This document shows, in pieces, positions 38,632-51,994 of a stretch of DNA of 64,000 nt. Numbering within the stretch: position 1 is the stretch's first letter; each line of letters opens with the position of its first letter. The position numbers and the translations under genes are program-made. Origin of the DNA: Octopus sinensis (taxonomy: Eukaryota); NCBI RefSeq assembly GCF_006345805.1, contig NC_043006.1, positions 88,536,001-88,600,000 of the forward strand. The letters are read 5' to 3'. The notes beneath the pieces were generated by a model, which was given only the letters and a program-made list of their open reading frames with translations, did no database searches and was not told where the DNA came from.

Positions 38632-39635
38632 TTATTACCCCCGCCTTCGCTAAGGCGGAGGTATTGTTTTCAGTCGTGATTGTTTGTTTGTTTGTCCATG
38701 GACAAGATATCTCAATAACTGCTGGATATATTCAGATGAAACTTTTAGAGATGTTTGACCTTGTCACTGACTCGAACTGATTGGATTTTGGGATCGATCC
38801 AGTACAGGACAAGGATATGGATTATTTGTTATATTTACTTTGCATCAGGTATTAAGATCTGACGTTGACTTTCAAGTCTTTCTCTGATTATCTCCCTTGA
38901 AAGCACACTCATGGTTTCCACGCAAGTTATGGCGGCGTTGCTGTTTCCAAAGTTTATTTTCGTTTCTCTATTATTAATTTTACTCGCGTCTCAATCTTAG
39001 AAGAATCTGATGGATAAAAAAATCGAACTACATAAACAAACGGCAGCAAAACCGTTCAGAAATTAAATAGCACTAATATACTCAGTAATAATAATAAATT
39101 TAATTTTTCCTTGACAATCTTTAGTTTTACCAATTTTGAATATATCGCTCCTGTTTAAAACCTCTTACCTACTTGACAATTGCATTTCTAGCTCTGCCTT
39201 GAAGGAAGCTTTACGTTTTTGTGCGCAATGATATTGTTAAACCTCCGTTAACAGTACCGTATGCAGGTCCTTTCCGTTTTCTTTCACGCACGGATAAATT
39301 TCTCATTATAGACCTTAATGATCGTAAAGACACTACATCAGTGGATAGGCTAAAAAAGGCCTTCGTAGAGAAAACTGTCCCTGTTCCCACTGCAGACGAC
39401 ATGCACACAGCATTACAAACACGGCACGTACATCTACTTTCACATTCCATCACTACCAAAGATGCTGGATTATTTTTCCTGTTTTTTTAACTTAATTTTT
39501 GAGAGCTGTCGGGTTTATTTTTAGTATTCTCGTCTGTGAGAGCAGTCGAGTCCATTTCAGATATTCTCATTTTAAAAATCCTCTCCAGCTAATCGTTGGT
39601 GTTGCCTGGCGGAGATTTGCGCTCTCTGAGTGCTA
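38632..39635 (+). mobile_element. Possible Crypton-like non-autonomous element
   Basis: Ends ATTACCCCCGCC..GGCGGAGGTATTGTTTTC and GGCGGAGATTTGCGCTCTCTGAGTGC resemble a widespread non-autonomous family as I recall it; unverified. Confidence 0.35.
39221..39400 (+). mobile_element. Gypsy integrase C-terminal (GPY/F) remnant
   Basis: RNDIVKPPLTVPYAGPFRFLSRTDKFLIIDLNDRKDTTSVDRLKKAF. Confidence 0.8.
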
Positions 39636-40859
39636 TTGTTGTTATTAGTATTATTATTATTATTATTATGATTATTATTTTGATCATGATTTTGAAAAGG
39701 AGGAGGAAGAGAGGCTGCTGAAGGTGGAATAATGTTTAAAGAGGATTTCATTTAGTTCATAGGTTTTGTAAAAAAAATTATAATCTGTACGTATCAACTT
39801 CTATCATAATCTCTTTATACAGGAATATTACACAACCCACCCAGTTGTTGCTACAACATCTCACCGCATCTGAATATATACTGTAGCAACATTATATGTA
39901 CATTGTGGCGTTCTACAAGGACTAAGTATGCTGCAGATTTTTAAAAATATAATTTAAGGCCATAGAAAATCCATATTAATGAGTGAAAACGCGATATTCA
40001 TAATTTTGCTGAACACAAGTTTTAGTAGTAAAACAAAAAAGAAATTGTTTTCTATCATATTTTTTTCTCACTGTATTTTTAACTTCAAAACATAATTTGT
40101 TCTTTTTTAACTTTCCATATTAAGTGCACCATTAATTTTTCTATTTGATCTCCAGTGTATCAGGAAGTGAAACAGATTGAGAGCGGCTCCCCTATTGTCT
40201 TAAAAAAAAGTAGAGGAAAGGACGCATAAGAACAGTGTTTTCATAGAGAGGGACAGGTAGGATCGAAAGAGGGGGCGAACATATTGCAACATTTTGATAA
40301 ACTAGTGATGATTTTAAGCATTTTATACTTGTGCAACACCACAGTGAAGAAAGAAGAATTATATGGAGGCAAGCTATATTTTGTTTTCTCATCAATAAAG
40401 GATGAGGCAAAAAATTTTCACAAATAATTCATTGGCGGAGGAGGGTATTTGTCAGTTTGAGAATCATTGCATTAGATAATGGAATTTCGTATAGTTCTAA
40501 TGCGTGCTTTTCGCATTTAAGACACAACCAGAATGACCTTGATCATATGTCTGATCAATCATGGCTGACCTAAACTAAACAACAACAACTAACTTATTTT
40601 AAACGAGATTACTTTTTAAGCGCAGATATAACTATGTGGTTAAGAAGTTCTCGTAAGCAACTGGTTTCGAGTTCAGTCCCACTGCGTAATACCCTGGATA
40701 GGTATCCTCTACTGCAGCCCTAGAACAGCCAATTCTTTGTGAATTAAATTGGTAGTCAGAAACTGTGTGGAAGCCCGTTGCGTATATATTTATTAATACA
40801 TAGTTTATAGATGAGAGACAGATATCCTCTGTATAGGATACACTTCGTAGAGCTCAAGA

Positions 40860-41122
<263 letters not shown>

Positions 41123-41132
41123 ATATATATAT

Positions 41133-41176
<44 letters not shown>

Positions 41177-42093
41177 CATACATACAGACATACATACATG
41201 TATATACATTTATATATATCCATACATACATATATGTGTGTGCATGTGTGTATAGATGTATGTATTATGAGCGTTTGTAGCCTGTGCGTGGTGTGTGTGG
41301 TGTGTGTTTCTTTGTGTTTCTCCTTTCACCGCTTGACAACAGGTGTAGATCTGTTTATTGCTCCGTAACTTAGCAGTTCACCGAAGAAGCTAATATAAGT
41401 ATCAATCTTAAAATAAGGACTTAGATTCATTTGTTCGAACAAACCCTTCAACACAGCGGTATTACTCGTGCAAGGAGGCAGTCGAATGGCTAAAAGAAGG
41501 AAATGCTAAAATATAGGTCTTATAACATTTTGCTCATAATTAAACCACAAGAGGAAATGGTGAAAGATATCAACTACTTCTAATCCGGAGAGAATATAAG
41601 GTAAAGTTGAACATTTGATAAAATAATTAAGGTATATTAATTGATAGAACAAAACTGAAATAGCCACGACTTTAAACTGCATATGCTGCCAGGATCTAAG
41701 GATGAGAAACCCTTAGATTTGATAAAAATAGAATTATAACTTACCTTACACTACTCTCAGATCCGTACCAACTGCACCTGCTGCATAATATACAGCATTA
41801 CTAAATCCCTTTGATCAATGGATATAGCGATCGCCAGTTACCTATCAAATTCAATAGGAGTTGCTATTTTGCAGGGAGAATCTAGAAATTCAACGTTTAG
41901 GGGATAACACACAAACAGAAACGGAATCACTGCCTTGCAGATTGTATTAAGAATGCCGAGGGCCAAGGGACCAGTTCTAACAGAGAAAGTTTGATGAAAG
42001 AGCTACACCCTAATTATATTTTCAGAATATTCAAGATGAGGGATACAGCCAGTTTTAAGACTGTCAGTACGTTGTGGATTAACAAAGAATATA

Positions 42094-43356
42094 TTAGGTC
42101 ATCCCATAAATAATGCGGTTTTTTCAATTGCATGAGCTAAAAGTCAGGGGAGACGGGATAAACTACCTGCATCAGCTTGCTATAAAAGCAGGTAGTAATT
42201 TTACCTTGTCTTATTTCTTAGTGCAAGTTTTGAAGAGTGTAGTCCGATTTTAACAGTTATTTTTTCAAAGCAGTAATGGAAGCAACAAAGGAGCATATTC
42301 GGCATATTTTGTTTTATGAGTTCAATAAAGGAAACAACGCAACGGAAAGTGCGAGGAATTTTATTAATACTGTATATGGGGACCGGACAATAAACGTAAA
42401 CAAGTGTGAACAGTGGTCTCAGAAATTCCGAGACGGTAACTACAGCCTAGAAGACCAGCCTCACCCCGGAAGATCTGTAGAGCTACACGAGGATGTTCTG
42501 CAAACCCTGGTGGAACAAAATCCCATCATAATTGTTGAGGAACGAGCAGAGAAGCTTGGATTTGATCATTCAACCATACACCGACACCTGTGTGCCATCG
42601 GTAAAGTCAGCAAATTGGGTCAATGGGTTCCTCACAAACTTTCCAAGTCTAATCGTGGACAGAGAGTGAATGTGTGCTTTTCTTTGCTTGACATCTCACG
42701 AATGAACCGTTTTCGACCGAATAGTGACCGGTGACGAGAAATATGTTCTCTATAGAAATGTCAAGCGCTGAAAACAATGGGTAGGGAAAGGAGAACACCT
42801 GTACCCCAGGCTAAAGAGGGTTTTCCCCCACGTAGGGTGTTGTTATTTGTTGAGTGAGATATGAAAGGTTTAGTCCACTTTGAACGTTTTAACCCGGACC
42901 ACACGATAACAAAGGAGATCTACTGCGAGCAGCTTGAGTGGCTTAAGTCAGCGCTAGAAGAAAAACGACCATCTTTGGTTTCAAAACGAAAGGTGTTCTT
43001 CTATCAGGATAATGCTCGGCTACATACAGCGAGGAGGACATTCCAATGGCTGGAGCAGTTTCAATGGGAAACGATTCCCCTCCCACCATATTCGTCAAAC
43101 GTTGCCCCATCTAATAATCATTTATTAAGCAGTCTTCAAAATCATTTGGACGGAAAAAATATGAATTCAGTAGACGACGTCAGAACAGTATTGGAGGTGT
43201 ATTTTTCGTCACGAACAAGTGAAGTTTGGAAGAGGGGCCATGGAGCATTGTAGAAAATGTAGGAGTGTATATTTTTTGATTAAAAAAGAACTTATTTTTT
43301 CTTAATTTTGAAAAATAAAAGAATTATAAAAACGCATTATTTATGGGATGACCCAA
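42094..43356 (+). mobile_element. Full-length mariner (D,D34D type), transposase broken
   Basis: TIRs TTAGGTCATCCCATAAATAATGCGG / CGCATTATTTATGGGATGACCCAA, TA TSD; ORF pieces 42276-42734 and 42861-43253 (GDEK, QDNARLH, LPPYSSNVAPSNNHL). Confidence 0.93.
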
Positions 43357-43789
43357 TATATTATTTAAATATCCACTCTTATTTCATTATTTACTATATT
43401 AAAATTGACATAACACACGAAAAATTGGTCATATTTCACGAATGTATATTTTTTACACATGGGAATGCACATTTTATGATATGCATTCCTTAATTCAATT
43501 CCTTTGCGAATCTCAGTCTGCTCATGCTGAGACACTGCTTTCAAGGTTTCTACTTAATCATTTTGAACCTTGTACTTGCTTCTAAATGGAGTTTTATTCA
43601 TCAATCTATAATTATCGAATCCAAAAGTTGTATATTTTGATACATGAGATTTATACCGGTAAACATAAAGCAGAGATGGGCACACGCACACACACACACA
43701 CACACATACATACGTGTTAGGGTCTGTGCTTGTGTGCATGTGTGTGTGCGCGTGTGTCTGTGTTCTTTGTGTATGGACATATATATAGG

Positions 43790-44040
43790 CGGAGTGGATT
43801 TGGTAGGCGGAAATTCTAAAAGTCCGTCGTGACCTAGTGTGTACCGTTGGCGATTTTTTTTCCTCTGTCTTCCCTTCTCTGGATCTTTCCTTCTCCTATG
43901 TTTCCGACGAAGAGCTCCGCTCGAAACGTTAAACCCTCCTTCTTCCCTTCTTTCCTGAGCGTCCAATAATACTATACTTGTTCCACGTCCTCGCGTTGTT
44001 GTGTTTTTTGTGTTTTCTTGTTTGGATTAACTATATATAT
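43790..44040 (+). mobile_element. Hammerhead mini-element
   Basis: Homologous to 28703-28880; ends GGATTAACTA(TA)n. Confidence 0.75.
43900..43934 (+). ncRNA. Minimal hammerhead variant (U4C)
   Basis: GTTT-CCGACGA-A-GAGC-TCC-GCTC-GAAA-C-GTT-AAAC. Confidence 0.6.
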
Positions 44041-44045
44041 ATATA

Positions 44046-45302
44046 TTCGATGACATTTGGGGGGGAATTAGAAGGTTTGCTCTGGCCCCTACTCTTCCTT
44101 TTGGGAAGAGTAGCCAGTGCAACTTCCTCTGTTGATTTGATGAGGCTGCTGTATACTTCCTCAATGTTCTCAGCATCTATTTCAGAAGTAGACAGAGATT
44201 GAAATTTGTTATAGACCTCAATAGTAAATTGTTTGGACATATCGGGGTTAGATAAGACTTCCTCCCAGTCGATCATTTTGATCGGGTGAGGCTTAGTTTT
44301 TTTGGATGAGCGAAGACTAAGCTTAACGGTAGCTGATACAATTCTGTGGTCAGAGCCGACAGAACTAAAGGAAGAGTAGGATCTCGAGTCCTTAACACTA
44401 TTGCGCCATTTCTTTCGAAAGATGAGGTAGTCAATTTGTGCCCTATCACCAAGTGGGGACTCAAATGTCCAAAGTTGACCTTTTGGTTTCATAAAAGAAT
44501 TGTTGGAGGTGTAGAGATTAAATTCCTCCAAGAAGTCTTTGAGCATTTCTCCGTTCCGATTGGTTTTAGAGTTGAAAGTAAACTTGGTCTCATCGGGTCC
44601 TAGTCTAGCATTCAGATCACCAGCTATAACCAGAAAATTATGGAGAGGTACTTGCTCAATGGTTGAACGAAGGGTTGTATAGAAATTTTCAATTTCGTCT
44701 GCCACAGACGAATTATGTGGGCTATACACACATACCAATGTTGTTTTTGGGTTTCCATCTATCTCAAGCACCATAATTCTAGGTGAGATTGACTCTATAC
44801 CCAAGAGAGTATCACTAGCCTTTGATGAAAGTAGAAATCCGATACCTCCAACTGTTGAATTAACAGTATTCTTTGATGCTGAGGAGGTTACAAGTTGATA
44901 AGAACCGACTTGATGGTATTTGAGGATGTTGTCAGGGTGGTAAAATCGGTGTTCTTGGACAGCTATTATATCAATGCCATGTGATTCTGCATTTGCACCA
45001 AGTTCTTCTAGACGGCCAAGAGAGCCGAGGGTGCGGGCATTGAGGGTGCTGAGTATCGAAAGATTTTTACAGCTGATGAGGTGTTTGTTTGGTGTTGTTT
45101 CGTTGGGGGCTGACTCTTCTCCATCAGGTGATACCCGTCTGTTAAGATTGAGGGCATCACCGTCAATGGATGCCCTTGGAGGTGCAACATGATCAGAGAC
45201 AGGACCCGGCAAAGCAGGGGCTGGACCTACATCCGCAGGTATACCATTAGGTCTGGTTCCCTGGGGAAGAGGAACCCTGGTGCAGTTAATTGTAAATTCC
45301 AT
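44046..45302 (-). CDS. RTE LINE 5' half: apurinic-type endonuclease, open frame
   Basis: LSTLNARTL, IIAVQEHR, GGIGFLLS, VYSPH, GDLNARLG, QIDYLIF, SDHRIV; 5'UTR continues to about 45670. Confidence 0.93.
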
Positions 45303-46337
45303 AGTCTTTTCAAATGGCTAATAATGTGTGCGCGCGCCACTACTACACACATTGGAAAGCATTGTACAACCAAGTACTAAAGAAGATCTTTCCTCCTCCA
45401 TGAAACAAAGCTGTTCCCGCTGGACGTCAACCCAGTACTTCTAAGCTACGGGCTGAGTGATTTATTGTAAGGTTATCTCCCTAGATAGATTGCCTTCACT
45501 ACGGCTAAGGAGCCCTTTCTACCCCACTGACACAGGTTGTACTGGTTTACAGTTTACCAGTAGTAGGATCCGACGCTGCATACAACAGACCTGACCTGAC
45601 AAGATCGTTCAGAATTGGTTGAGCAATGGCATTAATGGGAAGGACAAGTGAGGGAGAGCCATTTAGTACTTCAATATTTGCGTCTGCGTATGTTTGTATA
45701 AGTGTGAATAATGTGTTTATGTGCGAGAAGGCACATGCTTTTGTCTATCGTTAATTTAATTTAAATTTTTCTCACGTTTTTCCCTTTTAAAGTATTTCTT
45801 TTTAAAGTAATTTACACCCTGGAGGGAGGGCTGAGGGTTTGTTTTTACTGTAGATTCTCTTTTCTCCCAACAAAGAAAAAGAAAGGGATTTTTCATTGGT
45901 GTCACCGGTATAATTCAGACACTGGGAGAAACATCTCGATGTCATTCAAACTTGCATGTTTCTAATTGTAGCAGCAGTAGCAGCGGCAGCAAGTTCTGGC
46001 AGCAGCCGCAGCAATGTAGCAGCAACTACTGCTTTCGTAGGGTGAGAGGAAGAACGTTCGGTCAGAGAGAGTTCAAATGTCTGCTATATTGTTAATAGAA
46101 CTTTCGAACATACACTGACCTTGACTTGGAGAAAAATCAAGGAGGGACCGACTATGAACAGTACTTGTGAATAGAGTCGTGTACGAGCAGAGAGAAACTA
46201 TAAAGAGTATTTTTCTTTTTTCCTTCTTATTCTCCATATGTTTTATTTCTGCGATTACAATAAAAGGTATGTTCGCATATTTCGGGTAGTCAAGAAGAAA
46301 ATAAAGGTTAGCAGGTGTTTACGTCCATAATTTTAGC

Positions 46338-48221
46338 AGAAACCATCTAAAGTCTATATCACTAGCTTACCACCGTTCTCCATCCCAGTCACTGAAGATC
46401 CAACTCATAGCTGCCAGGAAGAATCTTGATGAGGCTTACTTGAACGCCGAGGTCGAATTTATCAATGGCAAAATTAGTAAACTATCGAAAGAGCACATTA
46501 GTAAAAAACACCATCTCGCCTGGAAATCCATCAAAGACCTATCAGGCAAAAATTCTGGGTCATCAATTAGAATTAAAGGGGGATCAGCTAAGAAGCGTTT
46601 AGAAAATTGGTCAACCCATTTTAAAAACCTCCTTGGGAAGAATGCCAAAATCCCTGATAACCCCACTCTCCCAAGTGTGCCTATATCAGACACGCTGGAC
46701 ATCAACACCTCCCCTTTTACCATATTTGAACTAACAGCAGCCACCAAGCAACTAAAAGCCTCGAAAGCATTTGGTCCCGACAACATTCCGGCTGTGATTT
46801 GGAAGGATGATAGATTTCACACACTTTTGCTTAACCTCTGCAACCACACACTTTCCACCTTTGTCGCTCCAAAGATTTGGCACCAATCTCAAATCATTCC
46901 AATACCCAAAAAAGGCGATTTGTCCCTCGTCACCAACTACAGGGGCATATCTCTAATGTCAATTGCTGCAAAACTGTACAACAAACTGATCCTAAATCGT
47001 CTTGTCCTTTTTGTTGAACCTTTGCTCCGAAAGAACCAAAATGGATTCAGACATGGGCGCTCAACGCTGAGCCAGATACTATGCCTGCGCAGACTTATTG
47101 AAGAATCAAAAGCATTTAATCGCGATCTTGCAATGGTATTTGTAGACTTTTCTAAAGCGTTCGATTCTGTAGATAGGTACAAGATGTTTGAAATCCTTAA
47201 GCTCTATGGGATACCAGACAAAATTATTTCTGCCATCAAGGTCCTCTACACAGATACGTCTTCAACCATCTTAACCCCTGATGGAGAAACATCATCTTTC
47301 TCGATCGAGGCCGGAATACTGCAGGGAGACACACTCGCCCCATTTCTTTTCATCATTGTTGTTGATTATGTGCTACGTATGTCAGTTGATACCATCTCTG
47401 GCAAGGGCTTTGAAATAAAACCAAGAAGAAGTTCCAGACACCCAGCTGAGTACTTGACAGACACTGACTTTGCTGACGACATCGCTCTTATCAGTGATTC
47501 TCTCTCCAATGCCCAGTCTCTTTTACAATCTCTTGAACAAGCCTCAAATTGTGTAGGTCTTTACCTCAATGAGACCAAAACTGAATACATAAACAAGTGC
47601 CTGTCCAACAGTGATTGCATCATCCACACTCTCAACAGTGCACCTTTAAATATGGTTTCTGATTATAAATATCTTGGGTCATACATATCATCATCTGGAA
47701 AAGACTTTCTAACTAGAAAGGGTATGGCCTGGTCAGCCTGTAATGACATGCATAAGATCTGGTCATCAAATCTAAGTAGAGACTTCAAACTTGAAATATT
47801 CAAAGCCACAGTCGAACCAATTCTACTATATGGCTCAGAAACCTGGACGTTATCAAAGAAGCTTGAGAGGCGGTTGGATGGAACCTACACTCGCCTCCTT
47901 ATGAGAGCTCAAAATCTCTCGTGGAGGCGCCATCCAACTAAAATGCAAATATATGGGAAATTACCACCTGTGTCATCTCTTGTGAAAGGTAGGAGAGTCC
48001 AGTTTGCTGGACATTGTTGTAGAGCTGAAAAAGAAGTAATTTCTACTCTTCTCCTCTGGAAGCCATCTACTCGCAACACCAGAGGGCGCACACTCTCCTA
48101 CCCTGATGTAATCTCCAGGGATACAGGCATCCAGCAACAGGACCTCCGTAATGCTATGATGGACCGTGAAGTCTGGCGCAACATGGTAAATTCCATTGTC
48201 TCGACCACGGTCGAACAATGA
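46338..48221 (+). CDS. RTE LINE 3' half: reverse transcriptase, open frame
   Basis: Open from 46338 (RNHLKS...); GPDNIP, NYRGISL, QNGFR, FVDFSKAFDSV, GILQGDTLAPFLF, FADD, YKYLGS, LLYGSETW; (TGA)n tail then (TA)n. Confidence 0.95.
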   Translation, partial: RNHLKSISLAYHRSPSQSLKIQLIAARKNLDEAYLNAEVEFINGKISKLSKEHISKKHHLAWKSIKDLSGKNSGSSIRIKGGSAKKRLENWSTHFKNLLGKNAKIPDNPTLPSVPISDTLDINTSPFTIFELTAATKQLKASKAFGPDNIPAVIWKDDRFHTLLLNLCNHTLSTFVAPKIWHQSQIIPIPKKGDLSLVTNYRGISLMSIAAKLYNKLILNRLVLFVEPLLRKNQNGFRHGRSTLSQILCLRRLIEESKAFNRDLAMVFVDFSKAFDSVDRYKMFEILKLYGIPDKIISAIKVLYTDTSSTILTPDGETSSFSIEAGILQGDTLAPFLFIIVVDYVLRMSVDTISGKGFEIKPRRSSRHPAEYLTDTDFADDIALISDSLSNAQSLLQSLEQASNCVGLYLNETKTEYINKCLSNSDCIIHTLNSAPLNMVSDYKYLGSYISSSGKDFLTRKGMAWSACNDMHKIWSSNLSRDFKLEIFKATVEPILLYGSETWTLSKKLERRLDGTYTRLLMRAQNLSWRRHPTKMQIYGKLPPVSSLVKGRRVQFAGHCCRAEKEVISTLLLWKPSTRNTRGRTLSYPDVISRDTGIQQQDLRNAMMDREVWRNMVNSIVSTTVEQ

Positions 48222-48524
48222 TGAATGATGATGATATATATATACAAACACACACACGTGTGTATGTGCGCGCGCGCGCACTCACGTATGTATGCATTTA
48301 TGCGTGTGTCTATGTGTTTGAGTTTGTCTCCCATAACTGCTTGACAACTGGTGTTGTGTTTGCGACCCCATAATCCAGCATTTCGGTAAAAGTAACCGAT
48401 AGAATAAGTAATAGGCTTAGAAAACGTAAGTCCTATTTGTTCGACTAAAGCCCTTCCAGGCGGTACCCCAGTATGTCTGCAGTCAAATGACTAAAACAAG
48501 TAACAGAGATAAATGATATATATA

Positions 48525-49415
48525 CATAGAGTGCGGTGAATAAAAATTATCGTCTAAATACGCCAAAAGGAAAATAATACTGACATCTCATTTTAAGAGA
48601 TATATTTACCAAAATTATATAAAAATATCTTGAAATACTAAAGAATAAATTTATTCAATAAAATCGCCAATGGCTTCAACCACAGCCGCCAGACGCCTTC
48701 GGAACCTCCTGCAACTCTTCTGGACGGTCTCTTTGTTTAAGTAGGCGAATGTTGTCAGAATCCTGGCCTTCAGTTCATCTTTCGTGTTAGAAGGAGTTTT
48801 GTTGGTCTCTCCCCCAACTGCGTCCCACATATAATAATGAAGGGGTTTGTAGTGTGGTGAGTTAGGTGCCCAGATGTTAGGGGTGATGTGGTTGCAGAAA
48901 TTATCTGACAGCCACGACTGAGTTCTCCTATTTGTGTGGCATGGTGTAGAGTCCTGTTGCTAGACATAGGTTCTTCCAGAAGGCACCCGCTTGACCCAGG
49001 GCAGCACTGCCTCTTCCAGGCGCTTGATGTAGGCTTCTGTGTTTAGACTAAAGCTGCGTGGGACGATGGAGTCATAACGTCGCCATCACAAGTGATTGCT
49101 CCAAACACCATGATGTTGACTGGATGTTTGATTTTTATCACTCTCGGTACATGTCATCAGATTGCACTGTTCTCAGATTGACACTCAAACAATCCGAAAT
49201 GCTCATATTGTAGCTTCAGGCGCGAATGCCAAGCAGTGCAACATGTCGTTCCCAAATTTCTGCCTGGGGGAATTGCGCCATGGTGCTGTTTTTTCTTACA
49301 GATAGTGCTCAACTGACTCTACTATACTGTGTAGTTGACAAAATCAAAAACAAACAACGCGCCTGAAAGAAATTAAAAATATATGATGGCGACAATTTAC
49401 CCATCGCACCACCTG
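48525..49415 (-). mobile_element. Decayed Tc1/mariner-superfamily element
   Basis: Diverged TIRs; minus-strand C-terminus W..V..ETNKTPSNTKDELKARI..CRRFRRRLAAVVEAIGDFIE*. Confidence 0.7.
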
Positions 49416-49489
49416 TGTGTGTGTGTGTGTGTGAGTGTGTGTGTGTGTGTGTGTGTGGTGTGTGTGTGTGTGTGTGTAAAATATAACCA

Positions 49490-49680
49490 CATGTGAATAG
49501 TTGGCGATTTTTCCCTCTGTCTTCCATTCTATTGGACTTTCCTCTGTTTCCGAAGAAGAGCGTTGCTCGAAACGTTGAACCATCTTTCTTTCCTTCCCTG
49601 AACGTCTGCTAAAACTTTACATGTATCACGTCCTCGCGTTGTTGTTTATTTTTGTATTTGTTCTTCTTTTTGAGTATTTA
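49490..49680 (+). mobile_element. Hammerhead mini-element, related subfamily
   Basis: GTTT-CCGAAGA-A-GAGC-GTT-GCTC-GAAA-C-GTT-GAAC at 49546-49580; shares CACGTCCTCGCGTTGTTG. Confidence 0.7.
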
Positions 49681-49722
<42 letters not shown>

Positions 49723-50442
49723 ACACACACACATACACACACATATATATATATAATACAAATTGGGACAAGAACGCAAAACATCAAGACAGGTGATACA
49801 AATAAGGGACAACAAAACATTCCAGATAGACGATACAAAGAAAGCAAGGACGGGTCATTCGGAGTTTTCTTTCCTCAGACGAGTTCCAGATTATCTTTGC
49901 AATTTCGGCTAGTTATACTCGAGATTGCTCCAATCTGGCCCGCCCCAAGAGAAAACTAAGCTATACGAAAACAAGGACAGAAGAAAAACGGAGAATGTTA
50001 CACAAATACAAATAACAGGACATAACAACAGGTGTCTTTCGACTAAGGACGAATTAAATTAAGCTGGCGTGTGTGGAAATAAAGCTTTACGGCAGAGATA
50101 CAAGATTTCTCAGGCACAGGAAGGAATATAGATGTTACACGGACGGCGGCCGAACCAAGAAAGAAAGGTCAGCCTTATATATATATATATATATATTTCT
50201 CTCTATATATATATATGCATATACATATATATATATATAAATACATACACACATACACGCACACACATGTATAATTATATATTCCCTTTATCACAGTTTG
50301 TCTCCTAAGTTCTACGTAATGATATTTGTCAGCCACCGTAAAAGGTCAGTTAAAGTAAAAGGTATGTGGTGAGATCCAACCTCAGATCAAATGGTTGCAA
50401 AAGCGAACTTCTTCACAAGTGGATTAGTGTTTCTACCTGAAT

Positions 50443-50780
50443 ATCAATATCTATAAATCTGAAATGCGAAAAGTTTGTTTGTCTGGTTTTGGCATTGGAA
50501 CGTGTTAAAGGGCACTAGATCCCGTCGGATTGACTCCAAAATTTACAGGGACATGTAAAATGAGATGAGGATGTGAGTGGGCAACGTTAGTGGGCTATCT
50601 TAAAAGGTGTGGTTACTAGGGCAAAAAACGCACACTTTGACAAGTCTACTCTCATTCTCTTATCTGCCTGTCTTCCTCCGTGTTTCTCTCTTTCCTCCTT
50701 TCCTTTCACTTTCTCTCTATAACGTCGTTTGACAACGTCTACTATCTTTCCCTCCGCTGCTTTCACTCTTTCTACCACAG

Positions 50781-50821
<41 letters not shown>

Positions 50822-50982
50822 GTTTGTCTGAGAGAATTATTATCGCCACCACCACCACACAATCATGAGAACAAATATTATGAATCAGATATTTATTGGG
50901 TTAATTTATATATGTGTGTGTGGTGTGTGTTCTATATATAAATATGTATATATAATGTATATATACAAAGTGTATATATCTG

Positions 50983-51033
<51 letters not shown>

Positions 51034-51994
51034 GTATACATTTCTATCTTAAATGCGTACACACACACGTACACACAACATATATCTATAATATCCATAT
51101 ATATATTTAATGCGTATATATATATATATAGATATATATATAATGTGTGCATTATGTGGTCAGTTGAGCTGAAAATATGCGCACCTATGTTAAAAGTGCT
51201 GGCGAGTTTGCATGGCAACTATTTTTTTCCTCAAATGAAAGGCGTGACCTCTAAGACAAAATTCCTCATTTTATAAAATGTGGTCCGAGTAGACCCGAAT
51301 GAAATCGGGTTATATTAACCAAAATGTGAAAAGGGGTCTAAATGGGGTTGGAAGGAGATTAAAATTTACAGGAGAGGGTGTTTAGGATTTCTCTGTTACA
51401 TCAAGCTAAAAAATTTGCGCCAGCCTTTAAATCTTCAATGTGTTGCCGTCCATCATGAAGAAGTTTTGAATGCTTGCCATGGTGAGTCTACTGTCGTGAG
51501 AAAGAATCACTTCAAAACTTGGTGTTTAGGAATTTTCTTTTACATCAAGTTCAAAATTTTACGCCAGCCGTTAAACTGCCACTACGTTGCTGTCCGTCGT
51601 TAAGAAATGCCAGCCATGGTGACTCTAATATCCTCAGATTCTATTCCTTCAAACGTTGTCCCTTTTAAATGTTAGCGTTTTGCTGTCTGCCTTGAAGCAG
51701 ACCTTTCCGTTGTCACTGCCTGATATTTATGATTGATCTTTCAAAATATTTTCTTCCAACTTACTCAAGATCTTTTCTTGTTTATAAATGCGAGAGAGAT
51801 AGATAGAGAAAGATAGAGAGGAAAAGAAAGCGAGGGAGAGTCCGAGAGAAAGGAAGAGTAAGCGAGTGAGAAAGTGAGAGAGAAAGGATAGAGAAACAAA
51901 GAGGGAGAATGTGGTGATAAAAAACAGAAAGGAAGCAACAGAAAGTAACAACAACACTCTTAGCCGCGCGTAGAGCGGGTCACCTTTAGCTAGT
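50443..51994 (-). mobile_element. Second copy of the Helitron/Helentron-like composite element
   Basis: Same ends and module order as 32293-33777. Confidence 0.5.

Noticed and set aside
41740-41850. Strong AAG|GTAAGT donor on the minus strand
   Set aside because: All three upstream frames contain stops; at most a non-coding exon
45302-45670. HDV-like ribozyme expected in some RTE 5'UTRs
   Set aside because: I could not fit the nested double pseudoknot by eye; it needs an RNAMotif/Infernal search
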